A stretch of DNA of 64,000 bases, from positions 32,001 to 96,000 of the forward strand of contig JAYTOU010000093.1 in NCBI GenBank assembly GCA_043747615.1. The letters are read 5' to 3'. The notes beneath the pieces were generated by a model. It did not search any database. It was not told where the DNA came from and saw only the letters and a list, made by a program, of their open reading frames with translations. Below, one piece after another: positions 39,417 to 48,775 of this stretch. The position numbers were made by a program, and so were the translations under genes. The first letter of the stretch is position 1. Every line of letters starts with the position of its first letter. Origin of the DNA: Myxococcales bacterium (GTDB taxonomy: Bacteria > Myxococcota_A > Polyangia > Polyangiales > Polyangiaceae).

Positions 39417-41735
39417 ATGGAAGAGTCTCCCGTCTTCATGCCCACGGATTCAGCGTCGTCGTCCGGCCCTGCCTCGACGCCCACGCCTAGCCCGACATCG
39501 ACCGATGCGCGGACGACTCCGATCGCGCCCGTCGAATCGCCCGATCTGCGTGCGCCCTCGCTGTACCTGAACCGCGAGCTTTCCTGGCTCGAGTTCAACG
39601 CGCGCGTTCTGGCCGAGGCTCTCAACGAAAACGTTCCGCTGCTCGAGCGGCTGAAATTCCACGCGATCGTCTACTCGAACCTCGACGAATTTTTCATGGT
39701 GCGCGTGGCTGGACTGAAGCAGCAGCTCACGGGCGAGGTCGGTGAATTTCCGCCCGACGGCATGACGACGGTCGAGCAGCTTGCGTCGATCGCAGCGCGC
39801 GTCCACGACCTCGTAGCTCAGCAAACGGCGGCCCTCACCGGGCAGCTCTTTCCCCGCCTCGCCGAGCACGGGATCTTGCTGGTCAAGCCCGAGGTCCTGA
39901 CACCCGAGCAGCTCGCTCTTCTCGACGCGCAGTTCCACAACGAAATTTTTCCGATTCTCACGCCGATCGCGATCGATCTCGGGCACCCGTTTCCGCACGT
40001 TCGCAACCGCAGCCTCAACCTCGGCGTGATGTTCTCGCGCGAGGGGCTGCCCGAAGCGGGCTTCGGCGTCGTGCAAGTGCCGATGATGATCTCGCGGATG
40101 ATCGAGGTTCCCGGTGTGCGCTCGAGCGACGGAACCACGGCGAAACACGCCTTCGTTCTTCTCGAGGACCTCATTGCTCGGCACGTGGGGAGCATCTTCC
40201 CCGGCGCACGGTTGAAGGGGGTCTATGCCTTCCGCGTGACACGCAACTTCGATCTCGAGATCGACGAGGAAGAGGCCGAGGATCTCCTCCAGACCATCCA
40301 GCAGGAGCTGCGGCGTCGAGAGCGAGGCAACGCCGTTCGCTTGGAGGTCTCGGGTGAACCGACGCCGGCGTCGCTCGCCAAGCTGGTGAAGGCTCTCAAG
40401 CTCGATCCGGATCGCGACGTGTACCGCACGTCGGGCATGCTCAATTTGTCTGATCTCATGCAGATCGTCGGGCGCGAAGAACGTCGCGACTTGAAGGACG
40501 AACCGTTCACGGCCTACGCCGTTCCGCCGCTCCGTGACGCCGATGATTATTTTGCGGTGCTGCGCGAGACCGACGTCCTTCTTCATCATCCGTACGAGTC
40601 GTTCGACGCGGTCGTCGATTTCATCACGCGCGCCGCCGACGATCCCGACGTGCTCGCGATCAAGCAAACGCTCTACCGCGCAGGCGGGGACTCACCGATC
40701 GTCAAGGCTCTCGCACGCGCGGCCGAAGCCGGAAAGCAAGTGACGGCGATCGTCGAGCTCAAGGCGCGCTTCGAAGAAGAGTCGAACATCCAGTGGGCTC
40801 GGACGCTCGAGCAGGCCGGGGTGCACGTCGTTTACGGCCTGATTGGGCTAAAAACGCACGCCAAGTGCCTCCTGATCGTGCGGCGCGAAAAGGGAAAGCT
40901 GCGGCGCTACGTCCACCTTTCGACGGGCAACTACAACCCGACGACGGCAAAGCTCTACACCGACATTTCACTCCTCACGTCGCGCTCGAACATTTGCGAA
41001 GACGCGTCGTCGCTCTTCAATTTGCTCACCGGCTACAGCGCGCCTCCGAAGTGGAACTCGGCGATCGTCGCGCCGCTCGGTCTCCACGAAGCCGTTCTCG
41101 GGCTCATCGCTCGCGAAGCCGACCATGCCCGCGCCGGACGCCCCGCGAAGATCGTCGCCAAGATGAACGCCCTCGTCGACGAAGACGTGGTCGAAGCGCT
41201 CTACCGCGCGTCGCAGGCTGGCGTGCAGATGCAGCTGCTCGTGCGCGGCATCTGCTGTCTCCGACCCGGCGTTCCGAAGGTCAGCGAGCACATCGAGGTG
41301 CGGGCGATCGTCGATCGCTTCCTCGAGCACGGTCGCGTCTTCCATTTCGCTAACGGCGGAAAAGAAGAGGTTTACATTGCCAGCGCAGACTGGATGCCCC
41401 GCAATTTCCACCGCCGCGTCGAGATGATGATCCCCGTGGAGGATCCCAACCTCCGGCTCCGCCTGATCGAGATTTTGCAGACGAGCTGGGCCGACAACGT
41501 GAAGTCGTGGAGTCTGCAGAGCGATGGGAGCTACTGCCGCGTGCAAGCCGTGCCCGGTCAGCCGCTTCTGCGGAGTCAGCTGCGCTTCATCGAGTCTACC
41601 CGCGACAAGGTGAAGGCCGCCGAGACCGCGGGCCGCCCGTCGAGCCGCTTTCATTTCGCGCCCGGTCAGCCTCAAGAAGACGTGCGACGGCCGAGGCGTC
41701 GGCGCGAGCAACCGAAAAAAGAACGCATACCCTGA
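39417..41735 (+). CDS. ppk1: Polyphosphate kinase 1
   Basis: NRELSWLEFN.RVL, SNLDEFFMVRVAG, HHPYESF, LKTHAK, STGNYN, RFLEH, SADWM.RN. Confidence 0.97.
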   Translation: MEESPVFMPTDSASSSGPASTPTPSPTSTDARTTPIAPVESPDLRAPSLYLNRELSWLEFNARVLAEALNENVPLLERLKFHAIVYSNLDEFFMVRVAGLKQQLTGEVGEFPPDGMTTVEQLASIAARVHDLVAQQTAALTGQLFPRLAEHGILLVKPEVLTPEQLALLDAQFHNEIFPILTPIAIDLGHPFPHVRNRSLNLGVMFSREGLPEAGFGVVQVPMMISRMIEVPGVRSSDGTTAKHAFVLLEDLIARHVGSIFPGARLKGVYAFRVTRNFDLEIDEEEAEDLLQTIQQELRRRERGNAVRLEVSGEPTPASLAKLVKALKLDPDRDVYRTSGMLNLSDLMQIVGREERRDLKDEPFTAYAVPPLRDADDYFAVLRETDVLLHHPYESFDAVVDFITRAADDPDVLAIKQTLYRAGGDSPIVKALARAAEAGKQVTAIVELKARFEEESNIQWARTLEQAGVHVVYGLIGLKTHAKCLLIVRREKGKLRRYVHLSTGNYNPTTAKLYTDISLLTSRSNICEDASSLFNLLTGYSAPPKWNSAIVAPLGLHEAVLGLIAREADHARAGRPAKIVAKMNALVDEDVVEALYRASQAGVQMQLLVRGICCLRPGVPKVSEHIEVRAIVDRFLEHGRVFHFANGGKEEVYIASADWMPRNFHRRVEMMIPVEDPNLRLRLIEILQTSWADNVKSWSLQSDGSYCRVQAVPGQPLLRSQLRFIESTRDKVKAAETAGRPSSRFHFAPGQPQEDVRRPRRRREQPKKERIP

Positions 41736-41765
41736 GCGCCGGTATCGGACGCCGACGAGGCCTGT

Positions 41766-43025
41766 TCACAGAAGTAGATACAGATTCCAGGCGGTGTGAA
41801 CGAGTACGGCGGCGATGATGCCCCCCTCCTCGAACGCCGCGCCGAACGCGATCCCGAGGAGCACCGTTTGGTAGAGCGCCACGCGGTAGACGCCTAGATG
41901 GGCGAGCGCGAAGATGACGGCCGCCAAAGCGATGGCCCTCGCCGCACCGTAGCGACGGGCGAACACGCGCTGCAGAAGGCCGCGGTAGACGCGCTCTTCG
42001 ACGATCGGAACGATGAAGACGGTCATCGCGAAAAACGCCCATTTTTCCCGGGCTTCCTCGATCCCTCGCTTGACTTCACCGCTCTCGGCCGCGAGCAGCT
42101 TTCGCACCGTCCCGTGCTCGAAGCCGGACGGATCGAGGCAGCGCAGCACGTACGCGACGGCGTCCACACCATAGTGGGCAAGGTTCGTGAGGCCGACGGT
42201 GAGCGCGAAGCCGAGGACGAAGCCGAGCGCAACACCGGCAGCCGTTGGGCGCTCTTTCGGGAAACCACGGGCCGCGAGCGGCGGGACTATCGCGGAGTAA
42301 AGCACGAAGAGCCCACCTTGCGGCCACACCCCGAGATGCGCGTGTCGCGCGAGGAAGAGAACGATCGGAAGCCCGAGACCTGCCGCGAGCGCCGCGACGA
42401 GATGGGTGTTCGTCGGGCGCGCATCATGCGTGGCGTTCGTGATCCCGAGACGCGCGAGCGAAGCGTTCACGATGGAGCTGGGCGACGGAGCGCGCCACGC
42501 CACGAGGACCGCCACGGCGAGAGCGACCACCGGCGCAGCGATCAAGATCGGGCTCACCCCGCGTGCGCACGTTCGCGCGAGCAAGAATGCGTAGCGGGCG
42601 GCCGCCCCCGCGAAAACGAACGCCGTCGTGCGCGGATGACGCGGCGTTTTCTGAGCCAGATCGACGGTGGTGGCCGCCGCGAGGAACGCGTCTACGGCCA
42701 GGCGCGCCCATGCCCCCGAGACCCCCGCGCCCCCGAGCTCACGATCGAGCTCCGCAAGCATGAGAATCGGCACGAGCCCGAGGAACATCCACGCCCGCAC
42801 CCTCCGGTAGGCCGTGAGCGCGGGCAACGCGAGGCCCTCGGCAAAGCGATCGCGAAGCGCGCCGTTCTTCCGCAGCGCCTCGGCGAACGGGGAAAATGGC
42901 CCTTCCCGAGTGAGGGCGAGCATGCTCGAGGGCGTGAGATCCTTCGTTCCCGCGAGATCGGCGGGCAGGACGACGGACGGCTCGCCTTCCTCCGACCGAC
43001 CGAGCCGCACGAACACCGGGAGCAT
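41766..43025 (-). CDS. CPBP (Abi/CAAX) intramembrane metalloprotease
   Basis: EExxxR (VEERVYRG), FxxxH (FALAH), HxxxN (HTAWN); many TMs. Confidence 0.85.
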   Translation of the reverse strand: MLPVFVRLGRSEEGEPSVVLPADLAGTKDLTPSSMLALTREGPFSPFAEALRKNGALRDRFAEGLALPALTAYRRVRAWMFLGLVPILMLAELDRELGGAGVSGAWARLAVDAFLAAATTVDLAQKTPRHPRTTAFVFAGAAARYAFLLARTCARGVSPILIAAPVVALAVAVLVAWRAPSPSSIVNASLARLGITNATHDARPTNTHLVAALAAGLGLPIVLFLARHAHLGVWPQGGLFVLYSAIVPPLAARGFPKERPTAAGVALGFVLGFALTVGLTNLAHYGVDAVAYVLRCLDPSGFEHGTVRKLLAAESGEVKRGIEEAREKWAFFAMTVFIVPIVEERVYRGLLQRVFARRYGAARAIALAAVIFALAHLGVYRVALYQTVLLGIAFGAAFEEGGIIAAVLVHTAWNLYLLL

Positions 43026-43065
43026 TCCCCCTCTGAATACACGGTGCGTGGTAATTTGGTGGCAG

Positions 43066-43224
43066 ATGCTATTCGGGATGACTCGCGGCGAGATTGGGCT
43101 CGTGGTCTTCATTTTCGGGCTCGTGTACGTGGCGGCGTTCCTGCCACGCATGGGCGCGTGGCTCGGTGACAAGCTCTTCGCTCGCGATCCGGAGTCGAAT
43201 CCGAAAGAATCGGGCGACGGGTGA
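43066..43224 (+). CDS. TatA/E-like small membrane protein (52 aa)
   Basis: MLFGMTRGEIGLVVFIFGLVY...LPRMG..LG; GTGA overlap with next gene. Confidence 0.6.
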   Translation: MLFGMTRGEIGLVVFIFGLVYVAAFLPRMGAWLGDKLFARDPESNPKESGDG

Positions 43225-45602
43225 GCAGCTCCGACAGCGAAGCTCCGCGCACGTCGACGACGGTGTTCATGAGCGATCCGTCGGCCGAGGCGGAGCGGAT
43301 CGCGCAGACGCTCCGGGCGGCTGGTTACCTGGTGGTCGACGTTCCGCTGTCGATGCTGGTCGCGCGTGTCGCGGTGCAGCGTCCGCGCGTGATCCTGGTG
43401 GACGCGGACGGCGAAGGAGCGCTCGAGGCGATCGGTCGGATGCGCGAGCTCCCGGACTCGAGCTCCGTCGATGTGCTCTTCTGCGGACGAGGTGGGCACC
43501 AACTGACCGGTGTCGAAGACGCGCTTGCCCACGAGGGCAGCGGCTTCTTTCCGCGCCCGGTGAACGTTCCGGAGCTAGTGAAGAAGATCGAATTGCTCAC
43601 CGGTCGCGTGAGCACGCCACCTCCGCCCTCGAAGCGACCGAGCCCCGCCCCGCCGATGCTTCCGCCCGCGAGCATCCGTTCGGAGAAGTTGCCTAGCCAG
43701 CCGCCACAGTCGCTGCCCGCTCCGTTTCAAGCGATCCCTTCGGCGCGCGTGTCTCAGCCGCCGATGAATCAGCAGAGCATTCCGCCGGAGGTCGCCGTGA
43801 GACGCGGCACGCACGTCCAGGCACCACTCAGCGACGAGCTCCAGCAGCTGCTCGCGGAGGCCGAGGACCGCGTTGCGGCGGCACATCCTCACGTGGACTC
43901 GAGTCCCCCTTCGCCCGAGGAGGAGATCGAAGCCGTTCTCCCCGAGGAGATTCTCGCCGCGCTCGACGAGCCTCTCGAGGAAGAGGAAGACGACGACGAT
44001 CACGAGCCGAGCCTCGGCGCCCACAACCGCGCGACTACTTCGGGCGGGAGCAAGCACACCACCGGGACCGGGATGCGCCAGCAGCAGACCACGGGCTCGG
44101 GTGGCAGCGTCAGCGCCGCCCAGACGAACGACGGCTCCCAGTTTCTTCAAGGTCGCACGCACGGCGAAACCGGCGCGGCCACGAACGCTGGGCGACCCCT
44201 CGGGATCAGCTCAGCGCCGCGCGAAAGCTACAACGACGGTCTGTCAGAAGTTCCGCCGCCGAACGATGCTCAACGCGCTCCCTTGCCCCCCTTCGGGCCA
44301 GGGCCGGTCTTTGCCGCAGCGCACAACGATCCGCGCCGCGACAGCTCACCACCGCCGCGCACGGAGCACGCGCCCAGCGCTTTTTCGACGACGCTCGGCA
44401 GCGAGCACCTCGCTCAAAACATGTCGAGCTTCGACGCGCGCCCAGGGTCGGTCCCCACTGATACGAGCTCGGCGAACGCGCTTCCTCCCGTGCGCAGCGA
44501 TCCTCCTCCACCGGTCATGCTTGCGTCGCGCAAAGCGGAGAGCGTGCCTCCGCCCCACGCCGTCCCGAGTGTCCTCGGCCCGGGCGATGCTCCGCGAACG
44601 TTGGCGCGGGCGATTGCGTCGCGCGTCACGGGGACGCTCTGCTTCGAGTCGAAGGACGGCGTGAGGCGCGCGGTGCTCCGCGAAGGCGATCTGGTGACGA
44701 CCGCTTCGGGCGTGGACGACGAGAGCCTCCTTGCCTTCCTCGGCGCGCGCGGAGATCTTCCGCGTGAGCGTTTGGCGCAGCTCGCAGGTCGCTTCGCCAC
44801 CTTCGGAAGGCATGCAGGCGCGGCCCTCGTGGCGCACGGGTATTTACGGCAAGATCAGCTGTGGCCGGTTCTTCGGGCGCACGCGGAATGGATCCTCGGC
44901 CGCGCAATTTTGACTAAGGAAGGGACCGCTCTCATCGAGCCCGAGCCGCCGGGACGGCTTCGCGGAGAGCCGAGCGTATTCGGTGGATCGACCGGGGCCG
45001 AAGTCTTCGTGGAGGTGGTCAGGCGCGTGGTCTCGACCGATGATGCGATCGCGCGTCTCGGGGGGATTTCGTCGCGTGTCGGCCCGGGAGAAAATTCGGC
45101 GCTTCTCACGGAGTGCGCGCTCAGTGCAGCGGAAGCCGAGAGCGTAAAGGCCGCCGAGGGGCAGACCGTCGGGGAGGTGCTTGCCACGCACCCGGAGAGT
45201 GACATGGCATCGCTTCTTTACGCGCTCGGCGCACTGGGAGTGATGGAGGTGCTCCGGTCGATCAACGGCGCAAGGAAGATCGCGGAAAACGCCGTCAGCG
45301 TCGATGCTCTCGACGTCGACGCCGTTCGGGCTCGAGTGCGCGCGCGCATCGAGATCGTCGACGAGGGGGACTACTTCGCCGTCCTCGGCGTCTCGCGAAG
45401 CGCCACGGGTTACGAAGTGAAGCGCGCATTTCTCGAGCTGAGGCGGGCCTTCGATCCGGCGCGCTTGCTCACCCCTCCGGTCGCCGACCTTGCGTCCGAC
45501 GTGAGGAAAATCGTAACCGTTCTCGAAGAGGCCTACGAGATCTTGCGAGACGGCGCCCGCCGCGAGCGCTACCGCCGCGCGATCGACAACAGCCCCGGCT
45601 GA
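43221..45602 (+). CDS. Pseudo-receiver + Pro-rich linker + DUF4388-like + J-domain-like protein
   Basis: Receiver-like N-terminus; TGTL domain; DYFAVLGV..SAT..EVKRAF, EAYEIL.D..RRERY. Confidence 0.8.
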   Translation: MSSSDSEAPRTSTTVFMSDPSAEAERIAQTLRAAGYLVVDVPLSMLVARVAVQRPRVILVDADGEGALEAIGRMRELPDSSSVDVLFCGRGGHQLTGVEDALAHEGSGFFPRPVNVPELVKKIELLTGRVSTPPPPSKRPSPAPPMLPPASIRSEKLPSQPPQSLPAPFQAIPSARVSQPPMNQQSIPPEVAVRRGTHVQAPLSDELQQLLAEAEDRVAAAHPHVDSSPPSPEEEIEAVLPEEILAALDEPLEEEEDDDDHEPSLGAHNRATTSGGSKHTTGTGMRQQQTTGSGGSVSAAQTNDGSQFLQGRTHGETGAATNAGRPLGISSAPRESYNDGLSEVPPPNDAQRAPLPPFGPGPVFAAAHNDPRRDSSPPPRTEHAPSAFSTTLGSEHLAQNMSSFDARPGSVPTDTSSANALPPVRSDPPPPVMLASRKAESVPPPHAVPSVLGPGDAPRTLARAIASRVTGTLCFESKDGVRRAVLREGDLVTTASGVDDESLLAFLGARGDLPRERLAQLAGRFATFGRHAGAALVAHGYLRQDQLWPVLRAHAEWILGRAILTKEGTALIEPEPPGRLRGEPSVFGGSTGAEVFVEVVRRVVSTDDAIARLGGISSRVGPGENSALLTECALSAAEAESVKAAEGQTVGEVLATHPESDMASLLYALGALGVMEVLRSINGARKIAENAVSVDALDVDAVRARVRARIEIVDEGDYFAVLGVSRSATGYEVKRAFLELRRAFDPARLLTPPVADLASDVRKIVTVLEEAYEILRDGARRERYRRAIDNSPG

Positions 45603-45638
45603 ACGCATCGCGCTCAAAAATTCTGAAAAGTGGCTTGT

Positions 45639-48074
45639 CTAGGCCGTTTTCTGGACCATCGGGGTGACGGCGTCGACCACGATCTTGCCGTCCTCCACGT
45701 CGACCGTGGCGACGTCACCGCGCGAAATTTCTCCACGCAGCAGCATGTCGCCGATCGGCGCTTCCACCATCCGGCCGATCGCCCGCCGCATCGGACGCGC
45801 GCCCAGCTCGGGATCGAACCCGCCTGCCTCGAGCAGCGCGTCGATGGCCGCTTCGCTCACGTCGAGACGTACGCCGCGCGTCCTGTCCATCTCCTCACCC
45901 AGCGCAACGAGCATTCTGCGCGCGACCTCTGCCACGTCGACCCGGGTGAGAGGCGCGAAGGCCAAGACCTCGTCGAGGCGGTTGTAGAGCTCGGGAGGAA
46001 GCGCAGAGCGTGCGCTCGAAAGGAGCGCTGCTTCGTAGGTGGCTACCTCGGTTGCAAGAATCGTCGGACGCGTTCCGAAGCCAATTTTCCCACGTGGCGA
46101 CGACGCGGGCATGGCCACCTCGGCGCCGAGGTTCGAGGTAAGAATGATGACGGTGTTGGTGAAATCGATGGTTCGGCCGCGCCCGTCGGTGAGCCGTCCC
46201 TCGTCGAACACCTGGAGAAACGCTTCGAGCACGTCGCGGTGGGCCTTCTCGATCTCATCGAGGAGAATGACCTGGTAGGGGCGGCGGCGAACCGCCTCAG
46301 TCAGTTGCCCACCCGCCTCGTGCCCCACGTACCCAGGAGGCGCACCGACCAAGCGCGAGATCGCGTGAGGCTCCGCGTACTCGGAAAGATCGAGGCGGGT
46401 CATTGCGTCGGACGAGTAGAAGAGACACTCGGCGATGGCCTTGGCGGTCTCCGTTTTTCCGACGCCGGTGGAGCCGAGGAGGAGAAACGAGCCGATCGGA
46501 CGGCGTGCGCGGAAGCCCGATGCGTTCCGTCGGAGAACCGTCGCGATGCGGGCGAGGGCCGAGGTGTGCCCCACGATCCGTTCGGCCAAGAGCGACTCCA
46601 GACGCAGCATCCGTTCCCGATCCGTCTCGAGAAGGCGCTCGGTAGGGACGCCGGCGATTTCACTCACCACCTCGGCGATGTCCTCCGCCGTGAGCTCGGC
46701 CTGGGAGCGACGACGGGCGCGCGCGCCCGCGAGATCGAGAATGGAGACGGCCTTGTCGGGGAGGGCTCGTCCAGGAATGTAGCGGACGCTCCAGGCGATC
46801 GTGGCGGCGAGCGCCTCCTTCGAGATGGTCGCCTTGTGATGCGACTCGAGGAGCGGCGCGATCGATTCTAGAGCCAAGAACGCCTCTTCCGGTGAAAGCT
46901 CGTCCACCTCGACCGGCGTGAAGCGACGGGCAAGACCAGTGTCGGACTCCACGACTTTTCGATACTCCTCGTGGGTCGTCGCTCCGATGCACACGAGCTC
47001 GCCCTTCGCCAAAGCGGTCTTCAGCTCGCTCGTCGCCTCGTCCCCGGCATCAGCGCCGAAGAGGGTGTGCATCTCGTCGAAGAACAGGACGATCCGCCCC
47101 TCCCCCTTCTTCACCTCCGCCTTGATCAAGGCAATTCGTTCCGCGAGCGCGCCCCGCATCCCGGTTCCCGCGAGCAAGGTGGCCGGTTCGATTTCAATGA
47201 CCAGCCGGTCATCCAACGAGATGACGTCTTTCCCCTCGGCGATCCGCTGCGCTATGCCCCGGACGACGCTCGTCTTGCCGACGCCGGCGACGCCGACGAG
47301 GCACGGGTTGTTGGCCTGGCGCTTCGCGAGGACGTCTAGGGTCCGCTCGATCTCCTCGTCGCGTCCGACCACTGGATCGAGCTCTCCCCGCGCTGCCGCC
47401 AGGGTGAGGTTTTTTCCTAGAAGGGTCAGCGTGGGAAAGATCTTCGGGTCGAGCGTGAAGCGATCGTGCTCGGGCTTCGGGTGGTGGCCCCGCGCCTTCT
47501 TTCGCGAAAGAGGCGCCGGCGTGGGAACGACGGGCGAAGGGGCCCGCGCCACCGGCGTCCGAGCTACGGTCACCGCAACGGGTTTCGGCACGACAGGGCG
47601 GGGCTGGGGAGCAGGAGGCATCGCCAAGATCGCCTGCGGCGGAGGGGGTATTCTTCTCGGCGGCGCGATCCCCATTGCGAGCTGCATCGCGGCCATCCGC
47701 AGTTTCCCCACGTCGGTCCCGCACTGTTCGAGCGCGCGGTGGGCGGCGTTCGATCGCTCCTGACAAAGCGCAAAAAGAAGATGGAGACTCCCCGGCTCGC
47801 GCGTCGCCGAACGAGCTGCGAACTCTCTCGCCCGTTGGATGGCTCGCGTGATGGCGTCGTTCGCGTCGTCCTGCACGACACGCGCCGCCTTGAGGAGCAC
47901 CTCGACGTCGAGGCGCCGCTCCTTCAGGAGATCCGCCGCAAGACTGGGACGCGAGGCAATCGCCGCAAGGAGATGCCCCGTCGTGGTTCGCTCGTTTTTT
48001 CGTTGGGCGAGCTCGTCGGCGAGCTTACGAACAAAGACCAGTTCCGGTTCGCGGCTCGTCGGAGAGGCTGTCAT
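45639..48074 (-). CDS. ATP-dependent Clp protease ATP-binding subunit (ClpA/ClpC-type)
   Basis: Clp-N domain; Walker A GVGKTS and GVGKTE; Walker B FFDE and LLDE; GYVG pore loop; IGF loop. Confidence 0.93.
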   Translation of the reverse strand: MTASPTSREPELVFVRKLADELAQRKNERTTTGHLLAAIASRPSLAADLLKERRLDVEVLLKAARVVQDDANDAITRAIQRAREFAARSATREPGSLHLLFALCQERSNAAHRALEQCGTDVGKLRMAAMQLAMGIAPPRRIPPPPQAILAMPPAPQPRPVVPKPVAVTVARTPVARAPSPVVPTPAPLSRKKARGHHPKPEHDRFTLDPKIFPTLTLLGKNLTLAAARGELDPVVGRDEEIERTLDVLAKRQANNPCLVGVAGVGKTSVVRGIAQRIAEGKDVISLDDRLVIEIEPATLLAGTGMRGALAERIALIKAEVKKGEGRIVLFFDEMHTLFGADAGDEATSELKTALAKGELVCIGATTHEEYRKVVESDTGLARRFTPVEVDELSPEEAFLALESIAPLLESHHKATISKEALAATIAWSVRYIPGRALPDKAVSILDLAGARARRRSQAELTAEDIAEVVSEIAGVPTERLLETDRERMLRLESLLAERIVGHTSALARIATVLRRNASGFRARRPIGSFLLLGSTGVGKTETAKAIAECLFYSSDAMTRLDLSEYAEPHAISRLVGAPPGYVGHEAGGQLTEAVRRRPYQVILLDEIEKAHRDVLEAFLQVFDEGRLTDGRGRTIDFTNTVIILTSNLGAEVAMPASSPRGKIGFGTRPTILATEVATYEAALLSSARSALPPELYNRLDEVLAFAPLTRVDVAEVARRMLVALGEEMDRTRGVRLDVSEAAIDALLEAGGFDPELGARPMRRAIGRMVEAPIGDMLLRGEISRGDVATVDVEDGKIVVDAVTPMVQKTA

Positions 48075-48185
48075 AGGAGCCTTCACGGTTCGCACGCGAG
48101 GACAGCAAGGGCCAAAAAAGCGGCGACCCGAGACGCCGTGCCCCACGGCGACGCCCATCGCGCAAGGAATCGTGGGAAACGCGGG

Positions 48186-48201
48186 TGGCGTAGTGCTTGC
48201 T
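48186..48201 (+). promoter_or_regulatory. Candidate sigma54 (-24/-12) promoter
   Basis: TGGCGT-AGTGC-TTGCT with exact GG-N10-GC spacing, 17 nt before ATG 48219. Confidence 0.6.
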
Positions 48202-48218
48202 CTTGCCTCCGAGACAGC

Positions 48219-48734
48219 ATGCGCCCCTTCGTCCTGTCGTTCGTACTCCTCGTGGGCTGTGGGTCGTCGGCGACGGTTCCTCTTCTCAGCGCCGCCGGTG
48301 CACCGCTCACGCTGACGCCGTTGCGGTCCGTCCCGCTCGAAGTCGTGACTCGAGGGACCGGCGTGCGCGACCCGATGCCCGTGGGTGGAACGAACGTGAA
48401 ATACGCCGACGTGGAGACGGCGCTCGGCCTCGCTGTGTCGAGTGCCGCGGTCCCCTGGGCAGATCTGCATCGGGCACAGCGCCCTGGCGGCTGGCAGCTC
48501 TCCGTCGAGCTCATTCAGGCCGAGTCCGACTACCGTGAAGAACGACTCATCGTGACCCTTAGTGTGCGTGCGACACTACGCGCTCGGGACGGACATCAGT
48601 ACCTCGCGCAGACGCAGGCCAGCTGCCGCCAGGCGGGACTGGTCGCCGCGGAGGACGGAGCGCCCGTCATCTATTCCTGCATGTCGCGCGTGGGGCGTGA
48701 CCTCGCTGGCTGGCTCGGAAGCGTCGAGCCGTAG
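48219..48734 (+). CDS. Hypothetical lipoprotein
   Basis: MRPFVLSFVLLVGC lipobox. Confidence 0.75.
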   Translation: MRPFVLSFVLLVGCGSSATVPLLSAAGAPLTLTPLRSVPLEVVTRGTGVRDPMPVGGTNVKYADVETALGLAVSSAAVPWADLHRAQRPGGWQLSVELIQAESDYREERLIVTLSVRATLRARDGHQYLAQTQASCRQAGLVAAEDGAPVIYSCMSRVGRDLAGWLGSVEP

Positions 48735-48775
48735 TTTTCTCCGAACCACAGACCTCGAAAGAGAAGGAGTAGATC

